From the IMG/VR virus record IMGVR_UViG_3300043427_002668: a stretch of DNA of 64,000 nt; one strand, given 5' to 3'. The notes below the pieces were generated by a model. The model worked only from the letters and a program-made list of their open reading frames with translations. It was not told where the DNA came from and did no database searches. Source of the stretch: a virus (Duplodnaviria > Caudoviricetes). How positions within the stretch are numbered: the stretch's first letter is position 1; the number at the start of each line of letters is the position of its first letter. A program made the position numbers and the translations under genes. Below, piece after piece: positions 51,039 through 58,332 of the stretch.

Positions 51039-51889
51039 AATCTCTTAAGACACCCCTAAGGTATCCCGGCGGTAAGTCCCGTGCTTGTGTAAAGATGGAT
51101 CCTTACTTTCCAGATCTTCGTAACTATGATGAGTTCCGTGAACCATTTCTTGGTGGAGGATCTGTTGCAATTCATATTACAAAAAAATATCCAGATCTAA
51201 AGATTTGGGTCAATGATCTTTATCCTCCTCTTGTAATCTTCTGGCAACAACTCCAGATGTTTGGGGAAGAACTGAAAGAACATCTACTTCACTTCAAAAG
51301 TGTTTGCCCCAACCCAGAATCTGCTAGGGGTCTTTTTGATATCTCAAAGCAGATCTTAAATGATCCAAACACTGGTGATTTCGAACGTGCTGTGAGATTT
51401 TATATTGTAAATAAGTGTTCTTTTAGTGGTCTTACTGAAAGTTCTTCTTTTTCGGCACAAGCAAGTAACTCTAATTTTTCTGTTCGTGGAATTGAAAAAC
51501 TCCCCGAGTACTCTAAACTTATAGAACATTGGCGTATAACTAATTACTCCTATGATTATCTGATGGATGGAAACAAGGATGCTTTTATGTATCTCGATCC
51601 TCCTTATGATATTAAGGATAATCTCTATGGGAATAAGGGATCAATGCATAAAGGATTTGATCACGATAAGTTTGCTGCTGATTGCAATTCCAACAATATG
51701 GATATGTTGGTAAGTTATAATACGAATCAACTTGTTAAAGATCGCTTCTTAGGTGAAAAATGGAATGCTGCTGAGTTTGACCTGACTTATACGATGCGTT
51801 CTGTTGGTGAATATATGCGAGAGCAAAAACAAAGAAAGGAACTGCTACTTTTTAATTATGGAATTGAAGGATTGGTTGAACTCAATTAA
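51035..51889 (+). CDS. dam: DNA adenine methyltransferase (Dam/D12 class)
   Basis: LRYPGGKS, EPFLGGGSV, YLDPPY. Confidence 0.9.
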   Translation: MKSLKTPLRYPGGKSRACVKMDPYFPDLRNYDEFREPFLGGGSVAIHITKKYPDLKIWVNDLYPPLVIFWQQLQMFGEELKEHLLHFKSVCPNPESARGLFDISKQILNDPNTGDFERAVRFYIVNKCSFSGLTESSSFSAQASNSNFSVRGIEKLPEYSKLIEHWRITNYSYDYLMDGNKDAFMYLDPPYDIKDNLYGNKGSMHKGFDHDKFAADCNSNNMDMLVSYNTNQLVKDRFLGEKWNAAEFDLTYTMRSVGEYMREQKQRKELLLFNYGIEGLVELN

Positions 51890-52226
51890 TTTTACAAAAG
51901 AAGATCTGTCGGAAAATATCAAAGAATATCCTCCATTTATTATCAATAAATGCTTAGCGGGTCATATTGATTCTGTTCTTTTTGCTAATGAAATGAATAT
52001 GAATCATCATCTTGACAAAGGTATGCAATATTCGTTTTATCTAAATAGTCTAAGGAAACGGAAGAGATTTTCTCCCTGGCTCCGCAAGGATAAGATCACG
52101 GACTTAGAATGTGTAAAACAATACTATGGTTATAGTAATGAAAAAGCATCTCAAGCACTGAAAATCCTGACAAAAGAACAACTTACTTTCATTAAAAAAC
52201 GACTTGATATTGGAGGAACAAAATGA
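51858..52226 (+). CDS. gp62: Clamp loader small subunit gp62
   Basis: MELKDWLNSIN, YPPFIINK, LRKRKRFSPW, YYGYSNEKA; the true ATG is at 51858. Confidence 0.92.
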   Translation: MELKDWLNSINFTKEDLSENIKEYPPFIINKCLAGHIDSVLFANEMNMNHHLDKGMQYSFYLNSLRKRKRFSPWLRKDKITDLECVKQYYGYSNEKASQALKILTKEQLTFIKKRLDIGGTK

Positions 52227-52660
52227 CTACTACGGTAGAACCTACTGTTAATTGGTCTCAAGACCAAATGGTAGAGGTAATTCTTAATGAACCTGATGAC
52301 TTTCTGAAAGTTCGTGAAACTTTGACCCGAATCGGAGTCGCATCACGTAAAGAGAAAAAACTCTACCAATCTTGCCATATTCTGCATAAGCAGGGAAGAT
52401 ACTACATCGTTCATTTTAAGGAACTATTTGCTCTCGACGGTAAACACGCAAACCTTACAGTAAATGACGTTCAGCGTCGCAACCGTATCGCACGTCTTCT
52501 TTCTGACTGGGGACTGATTACAGTTGTAAAGGAAGATTCTGTATCTGATATTGCACCATTGAATCAGATCAAAGTTCTTTCTTATAAAGATAAAGGCGAT
52601 TGGATTCTGGAACAAAAATATAATATTGGTAAAAAGGGAAAGGGTGTAGAAACCGAATAA
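52223..52660 (+). CDS. regA: Translational repressor RegA
   Basis: DDFLKVRETLTRIGVAS, LYQSCHILHKQGRYYIVHFKELFALDG. Confidence 0.96.
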   Translation: MTTTVEPTVNWSQDQMVEVILNEPDDFLKVRETLTRIGVASRKEKKLYQSCHILHKQGRYYIVHFKELFALDGKHANLTVNDVQRRNRIARLLSDWGLITVVKEDSVSDIAPLNQIKVLSYKDKGDWILEQKYNIGKKGKGVETE

Positions 52661-52708
52661 ATATATTTGAGACTTTCGTGCGGTCTCTACAAAAGTTCGG
52701 AACACCCT

Positions 52709-52745
52709 AAAAAGAGGTTCGGTTTTTTCCGTACCTCTTTTTTTC
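52709..52745. terminator. Potentially bidirectional terminator hairpin after regA
   Basis: AAAAAGAGGT..CGG-TTTTTT-CCG..ACCTCTTTTT with a downstream T-run. Confidence 0.7.
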
Positions 52746-52767
52746 TTATCTTGTATAATTATATTAT

Positions 52768-52821
52768 GGATGCCGAGAGGGTCCACAAAACACAAACTCG
52801 CTTTAAAAAGGAGCTACCATA
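52768..52821 (+). promoter_or_regulatory. Structured hsp20 5' UTR, ROSE-like RNA thermometer candidate
   Basis: GNRA-capped hairpin 52768-52784, A/C-rich linker, then a CUC(G)CUU-UAAA-AAGGAG hairpin occluding the SD; TATAAT at 52754-52759. Confidence 0.65.
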
Positions 52822-53256
52822 ATGACTAACCTTTCACGATATACTACTGCGGATCTTTCTACTTTGTTGGATAAGATTACTCGCAACAGTATTGGAATGG
52901 ACGAATATTTTGATCGCCTATTCAATCTTCATGAAACTACCTCTAATTATCCGCCATACAATCTTGTTCAAGTAAGCAATGTAGAATCTCGCTTAGAACT
53001 TGCACTTGCCGGATTTAAGAAGGAGGAGGTTTATGTATACACAGAGTATGGAAAACTTTTTGTTGAAGGACAAAAGGAAGACCGAGAAACTGATACCCGC
53101 TACGTCCATAAGGGATTGGCTCAAAGAAGTTTTAAGAGAGCATGGACATTATCCGATGACACAACAATCAAGGATGTCACTTTCGAGGATGGATTGTTAA
53201 CTATTGTTCTTGGTAAGATTGTTCCAGAACATCATACTCGTAAAGATTATCTCTAA
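52822..53256 (+). CDS. hsp20: Small heat shock protein Hsp20
   Basis: NYPPYNL, LELALAGF, YVHKGLAQRSF, FEDGLLTI alpha-crystallin motifs. Confidence 0.96.
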   Translation: MTNLSRYTTADLSTLLDKITRNSIGMDEYFDRLFNLHETTSNYPPYNLVQVSNVESRLELALAGFKKEEVYVYTEYGKLFVEGQKEDRETDTRYVHKGLAQRSFKRAWTLSDDTTIKDVTFEDGLLTIVLGKIVPEHHTRKDYL

Positions 53257-53259
53257 ATA
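53253..53259 (+). promoter_or_regulatory. Late promoter variant CTAAATA overlapping the hsp20 stop
   Basis: Located 9 nt upstream of the ATG at 53269. Confidence 0.55.
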
Positions 53260-53268
53260 AAAATAAAA

Positions 53269-53448
53269 ATGAAATCTTTCGAAGAGTTCAAAGAAATTGC
53301 ATATAAAAATGCAATTCCTCACACTGTTTATTCTGGAGGAAAATCAAAAAAAATTCCAAAAAGAAAAGCAGTTCCTGTAAGAAGTCGCTCAAGTGCTGGT
53401 GGTAATGGAGATGGTGGAGATGGAAGTGGGGGAGATGGTGGAGAATAA
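53269..53448 (+). CDS. 59-aa protein not in the ORF track, with a capsid-targeting-like leader
   Basis: MKSFEEFKEIAYKNAIPHTVYSGGKSKKIPKRKAVPVRSRSSAGGNGDGGDGSGGDGGE*. Confidence 0.7.
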   Translation: MKSFEEFKEIAYKNAIPHTVYSGGKSKKIPKRKAVPVRSRSSAGGNGDGGDGSGGDGGE

Positions 53449-53472
53449 ATAGAATTGAATATCGTCGGCGCA

Positions 53473-53514
53473 GAGGAGCACCTGGCACAATCCAGGTTGA
53501 CTCCTCCTTTTTTT
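53473..53514 (+). terminator. Terminator hairpin
   Basis: GAGGAG-C-ACCTGG-CACAAT-CCAGGT-TGA-CTCCTC followed by a T-run. Confidence 0.75.
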
Positions 53515-53525
53515 GTTGCTAGAAT
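53497..53525 (+). promoter_or_regulatory. Sigma70-type promoter overlapping the terminator
   Basis: TTGACT-17 nt-TAGAAT with a TG extended -10; a GGAGG RBS follows. Confidence 0.75.
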
Positions 53526-53546
53526 ATTTGGAGGTACAAGAAAAAA

Positions 53547-53936
53547 ATGTCTGTTAAACTTATTTTGTTGCAATCTGGAGAAAACATTGTTTCTGAAATA
53601 AAGGAGGGTTATTTTCAGGATAAATTAGTCTGTTATGTTTTAGAGAATCCCTGCAATGTATTTGTTAATGGAACTTACAAAATTTTAGATCAAGAGGATG
53701 ATGGGGATAATGAAAATAAAGTAAGCATCTCACTTCGTCGTTGGCCTTCTATGTTATCATTGGCAAAAGAACAACTAACTACAATTGAACTTTCTCCAAA
53801 TTCTATTGTTACAGTTTTAGATCCTGTTGAAAGTCTTAAACAAATGTATGAAACTCAAGTATTAGGTATTAAAGAAGATGAAACTAATCAAAGTATTGTT
53901 ATTAACGAACAATCAAATTCTAATAACCCAGATTGA
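53547..53936 (+). CDS. Conserved hypothetical protein, predicted Sm-like fold
   Basis: VKLILLQSGENIVSEI...LENPCNV pattern. Confidence 0.7.
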   Translation: MSVKLILLQSGENIVSEIKEGYFQDKLVCYVLENPCNVFVNGTYKILDQEDDGDNENKVSISLRRWPSMLSLAKEQLTTIELSPNSIVTVLDPVESLKQMYETQVLGIKEDETNQSIVINEQSNSNNPD

Positions 53937-54135
53937 AGAGGTAAGTGCTGATATTGGAGAACCTGACTGTAAGTTAGTTAAACCATTCACAGTCACTAAA
54001 GATAAAACATTAGAACCTTTCCTAATGGGTTATACTAAACAAGATACATTTATGATGAGTTCGGACAAGATTCTCACACTCTCTGATCCAACTCCAACAC
54101 TTCTTGAAAAATATGAGGATTTGATTAAGGAATGA
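53878..54135 (+). CDS. Conserved hypothetical protein, predicted Sm-like fold
   Basis: IKVLLLTNNQILITQI...LVKPFTV...EPFL; its stop overlaps the gp43 ATG. Confidence 0.7.
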   Translation: MKLIKVLLLTNNQILITQIEEVSADIGEPDCKLVKPFTVTKDKTLEPFLMGYTKQDTFMMSSDKILTLSDPTPTLLEKYEDLIKE

Positions 54136-55403
54136 GATTTTATACTAATGTTCAATTGATTGGAAATCAGTTTTTGGTTCGTGGGGTAGAAAATGGAAAA
54201 AGATTTGAAACAAGAGATGAGTTCTTCCCAACTCTTTATGTGAAAACTAAAAAAGATTCTAAATATCGAACATTAAGTGGCGAAGCAGTTGAACCAGTAA
54301 ATCCGGGAACAGTTCGTGACTGTCGTGAATTTTATAATAAGTATGAAAGTGTAGATGGATTTGAGATCTACGGAAATGACCGTTATATCTACCAATACAT
54401 TTCGGAAAAATATCCGGACGATGAAATTAAGTTTGATATCAGTAAAATCAAACTTGTAACTCTAGATATTGAGGTTGCATCAGAAGCAGGATTCCCTGAT
54501 GTAGAATCTGCATCTGAAGAAATCCTTTCTATCTCTATTCAGGATTATACAACAAAGAAGATTATTACTTGGGGAGTTAAACCATTCAATAACACCCGCA
54601 AGGATGTGACTTATCATCATTGCCCCTCTGAGTATGAACTTCTCAATCACTTCATCAATTATTGGATGGTGGATGTTCCTGATGTGATTACAGGATGGAA
54701 CATCCAGATGTATGACGTTCCTTATATCTGTAAGAGACTGAATCGTGTTCTTGGTGAGAAACTGATGAAACGGTTCTCTAACTGGGGACTTGTGACTGAG
54801 GGTGAAGTATTCATCAATGGACGCAAGCACACCACATTTGATGTAGGTGGTTTGACTCAACTTGACTATTTGGATCTTTATAAGAAATTTACTTATAAAG
54901 TTCAGGAATCTTATCGTCTAGATTATATTGCTGAAGTGGAACTGGGACAGAAAAAACTGGATCACTCTGAGTTTGATACATTCAAAGATTTCTACACCAA
55001 AGGATGGCAGAAGTTCATTGAATATAACATCATTGACGTAGAACTTGTTGACCGTCTGGAAGACAAGATGAAACTGATTGAACTTGCTCTGACGATGGCA
55101 TATGACGCAAAGGTGAATTATGCTGATGTGTTTTATCAGGTTCGTATGTGGGATAATATCATCTACACATATCTCAAGAAGAAGAACATTGTAATCCCCC
55201 CAAAGAACAAGACTAAGAAAGATGAAAAGTATGAAGGTGCTTATGTAAAAGAACCTATTTCTGGTATGTATGATTATGTTGTAAGTTTCGATTTGAACAG
55301 CCTTTATCCCCACCTTATTATGCAATACTCAATATCCCCAGAAACTCTTGTGAGTATGGATGATGTAAATAAGAGGATTGCAGAACTCGAAAGTATGCTA
55401 TAA
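54132..55403 (+). CDS. gp43: DNA polymerase gp43, N-terminal fragment (3'-5' exonuclease + motif A) with a novel C-terminal tail
   Basis: LDIE, TGWNIQMYD, YNIIDV exonuclease motifs; SFDLNSLYP motif A; ends ISPETL-VSMDDVNKRIAELESML*. Confidence 0.95.
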   Translation: MRFYTNVQLIGNQFLVRGVENGKRFETRDEFFPTLYVKTKKDSKYRTLSGEAVEPVNPGTVRDCREFYNKYESVDGFEIYGNDRYIYQYISEKYPDDEIKFDISKIKLVTLDIEVASEAGFPDVESASEEILSISIQDYTTKKIITWGVKPFNNTRKDVTYHHCPSEYELLNHFINYWMVDVPDVITGWNIQMYDVPYICKRLNRVLGEKLMKRFSNWGLVTEGEVFINGRKHTTFDVGGLTQLDYLDLYKKFTYKVQESYRLDYIAEVELGQKKLDHSEFDTFKDFYTKGWQKFIEYNIIDVELVDRLEDKMKLIELALTMAYDAKVNYADVFYQVRMWDNIIYTYLKKKNIVIPPKNKTKKDEKYEGAYVKEPISGMYDYVVSFDLNSLYPHLIMQYSISPETLVSMDDVNKRIAELESML

Positions 55404-55411
55404 TATAAATA
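55404..55411 (+). promoter_or_regulatory. T4 late promoter TATAAATA directly after the gp43-N stop; overlaps an extended -10 TGCTATAAT (55396-55404)
   Basis: Both motifs read directly from the sequence. Confidence 0.75.
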
Positions 55412-55430
55412 GGATATAGATAGTTTATAA

Positions 55431-55970
55431 ATGAAAAGAGAGTATCCTATGTATGTTTATCAATACAAAGATGATGATAAAGTTTTTTATGTTGGTATGG
55501 GGCAGGGGTATAGAATGTGGGCTCACTTAAAACCAAGTTCTTATATGCCATATGATGCAAATTATCCATCTTTCTATGGTAAAATAAAATCTATTTTTTT
55601 GTCGGGAAGAGAACCATTTGTTGAAAAGATTTTTGAGGGAACAAAAAAAGAATGTTTAGTCTTAGAAGAAGAACTTATTGAAAAGTATAAATTGATAAGT
55701 GAAGGTGGAACACTTTATAATATTTCAAAAAAAAGTGGTGGTAGAGTAAAAGGTAAATCATATCCTATGAGTGAAAATACCCGTCAAAGGTATAGAGAAA
55801 CTATGAGACAAAATAGAACTTATAAAATTGAAAGTGAAGATTTGAGAAAATTGTATATTATTGAGAATAAGACAAGGAAGCAAATTGCCGAACATTATAA
55901 TTGTAGTGAAGTATTGATTAAACAAAGATTAAAAGAGTTTGGTATTAAAAAAATTACTAAAATACTATGA
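55431..55970 (+). mobile_element. Free-standing GIY-YIG-type endonuclease inserted in the polymerase gene
   Basis: YVYQY...VFYVGMGQGYRMWAH (GIY-YIG variant), downstream E..E and LYN motifs, NUMOD3-like segment and C-terminal HTH. Confidence 0.8.
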
Positions 55971-57325
55971 ATAATAATATGTGGAAAGATGTTCGTCAAA
56001 TGTCTCCTCAAGAAATTAAAGAGGAATTGGAAGCACTTAAGAAAGTAAGAGAACTTTCTAATCAAGTGAATGTTGATAAACTTCTTAATCAAGAATTGGA
56101 TTTAGAACCTTTGCGAAAAGTCAATTTGACTATTACTGCAAACGGAGCACTTTATCGTAGAGTAAATGGTTTTCTTCCTGAACTGATGGAGAAGATCTAC
56201 AATGAACGTGTGATCTTCAAGAAGAAGATGCTTGCTGCAGAACAACAGTATGAGAAGACTAAAACAAAAGAGTTGGAAAAGGAAATTGCGCGATGTAATA
56301 ACATCCAAATGGCGAGGAAGATTCAGCTTAACTCTGCTTATGGTGCTATTGGCAATCAGTATTTCCGTTACTATAAACTAGCAAACGCTGAAGCGATTAC
56401 TCTTTCCGGTAAGGTTTCAATTCAGTGGATTATGAATAAGATGAACTCCTACATAAACAAAATTCTTAAAACAGATGGTGAAGATTATGTTATTGCTTCT
56501 GATACTGATTCTATCTATCTCAATATGGGTCCTTTGGTTGAAACTGTATTCAAAGGAAGAGAGAAAACTACTCAAGACATTGTTTCGTTCCTTGATAAGG
56601 TGTGTCAAGTGGAACTTGAAAAATATATTGAAAGTTCTTATCAAGAATTGGCGAATTATGTAAACGCTTACGATCAGAAGATGATTATGAAGCGTGAGTG
56701 TATTGCTGAACGTGGTATTTGGACTGCGAAGAAACGATACATTCTGAGTGTATGGGATAGTGAAGGTGTTCGATATGAATCACCCAAACTGAAAATCAAG
56801 GGTATTGAAGCAATCAAATCTTCTACTCCTGCTCCTTGTCGTAAGATGCTGAAAGAAGCATTTAATATTCTGATGAGTGGAAGTGAAGATGATATGATTC
56901 AGTTTATTGATGATTTCCGCAATAAATTTAAGAAATTACCACCTGAAGAAATCTCATTCCCACGTTCTGCGTCTGACGTTCAGAAATATACATCACACTC
57001 TCAAATTTATGTAAAGGGAACTCCGATTCATGTTCGTGGAGCACTTCTCTTTAATTATTATGTCAAAGAAAATAACCTGACTGGAAAATATTCTTTGATT
57101 CAGAACGGAGAAAAGATCAAGTTTGTTTACCTCAAGAAACCAAATACGATTCATGAGAATGTAATCTCATTTATTCAGGAGTTTCCCAAGGAACTGAATC
57201 TTGACAAATACATAGATTATGAATTACAATTTGAGAAAGCATTTCTAGAACCACTCAAAGTTATTCTTGATATTATTGGGTGGAATATGGAAAAGACAGT
57301 AAACCTTGATTCATTTTTTGCCTAA
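55967..57325 (+). CDS. gp43: DNA polymerase gp43, C-terminal fragment (fingers, palm, thumb) with a novel N-terminal extension
   Basis: KIQLNSAYG (motif B), SDTDSIY (motif C), KKRY, clamp-binding tail LDSFF; the ATG overlaps the endonuclease stop (ATGA). Confidence 0.95.
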   Translation: MNNNMWKDVRQMSPQEIKEELEALKKVRELSNQVNVDKLLNQELDLEPLRKVNLTITANGALYRRVNGFLPELMEKIYNERVIFKKKMLAAEQQYEKTKTKELEKEIARCNNIQMARKIQLNSAYGAIGNQYFRYYKLANAEAITLSGKVSIQWIMNKMNSYINKILKTDGEDYVIASDTDSIYLNMGPLVETVFKGREKTTQDIVSFLDKVCQVELEKYIESSYQELANYVNAYDQKMIMKRECIAERGIWTAKKRYILSVWDSEGVRYESPKLKIKGIEAIKSSTPAPCRKMLKEAFNILMSGSEDDMIQFIDDFRNKFKKLPPEEISFPRSASDVQKYTSHSQIYVKGTPIHVRGALLFNYYVKENNLTGKYSLIQNGEKIKFVYLKKPNTIHENVISFIQEFPKELNLDKYIDYELQFEKAFLEPLKVILDIIGWNMEKTVNLDSFFA

Positions 57326-58332
57326 TGGATTTTCTTAAAGATATTGTAAAAGAAATTGGTGATGACTATACAAAGTTAGCATCGGATATTGATGAGACGG
57401 AGATCTATGTTGACACGGGTTCGTATATTTTTAATGCACTGGTTTCGGGTAGCATCTTTGGTGGTGTATCTGGGAATAAAATTACTGCTATTGCTGGAGA
57501 GTCTTCTACTGGAAAGACTTTCTTCAGTCTCGCCGTGGTTAAGAATTTTCTTGATAATAATCCCGATGGTTATTGTCTCTATTTTGATACTGAGGCTGCC
57601 ATTACAAAGTCTCTCCTGGAGTCACGCGGCATTGACACATCACGCCTTGTCGTGGTTAATGTTGTCACCGTAGAAGAATTCCGCAGTAAGGCTCTTAAAG
57701 CAGTTGATCTTTATATGAAGAAACCCGAAGGGGAACGTAGTCCTTGCATGTTTGTGTTAGACTCTCTGGGTATGCTTTCTACAGAGAAAGAGATTACTGA
57801 TGCACTGAATGATAAGCAAGTTCGTGATATGACTAAATCGCAACTTATCAAAGGTGCTTTCCGAATGCTAACACTTAAACTAGGTCAAGCAAATGTTCCA
57901 CTCATTGTCACAAATCATACATACGATGTCATCGGAGCTTATGTACCAACGAAAGAAATGGGAGGAGGTTCTGGACTCAAATACGCAGCCTCTACAATCA
58001 TTTATCTCTCAAAGAAAAAAGAAAAGGATGGAACGGAAGTGGTCGGAAATATTATCAAGGCTAAGACTGCTAAATCGCGTTTGAGTAAAGAGAATAAAGA
58101 TGTTGAGGTTCGTCTTTATTATGATGAGCGTGGTCTTGATCGTTACTACGGTCTTCTTGAACTTGGAGAGATTGGAGGACTTTGGAAGAATGTAGCAGGA
58201 CGCTATGAGATTGATGGTAAGAAGATTTATGCTAAACAGATTCTGAAAGAACCTGAAGTATATTTCACTGAAGAAGTAATGCAACAGTTGGACGAAATCG
58301 CACGAAAGGAATTTAGTTATGGAGAAAGTTGA
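57325..58332 (+). CDS. uvsX: RecA-like recombinase UvsX
   Basis: AGESSTGKT, FDTE, VLDSLG, TNHTY, MGGGSG. Confidence 0.95.
   Translation: MDFLKDIVKEIGDDYTKLASDIDETEIYVDTGSYIFNALVSGSIFGGVSGNKITAIAGESSTGKTFFSLAVVKNFLDNNPDGYCLYFDTEAAITKSLLESRGIDTSRLVVVNVVTVEEFRSKALKAVDLYMKKPEGERSPCMFVLDSLGMLSTEKEITDALNDKQVRDMTKSQLIKGAFRMLTLKLGQANVPLIVTNHTYDVIGAYVPTKEMGGGSGLKYAASTIIYLSKKKEKDGTEVVGNIIKAKTAKSRLSKENKDVEVRLYYDERGLDRYYGLLELGEIGGLWKNVAGRYEIDGKKIYAKQILKEPEVYFTEEVMQQLDEIARKEFSYGES

Noticed and set aside
55350-56065. Split intein or group I intron at the polymerase break
   Set aside because: No intein N-terminal Cys/Ser block or C-terminal His-Asn; only 27 non-coding nt and an ATGA overlap, so no room for a ribozyme core.
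54132-57325. Polymerase pseudogene or frameshift error
   Set aside because: Both halves keep all catalytic motifs, have plausible starts and stops, and flank a complete 179-aa gene with its own promoter.
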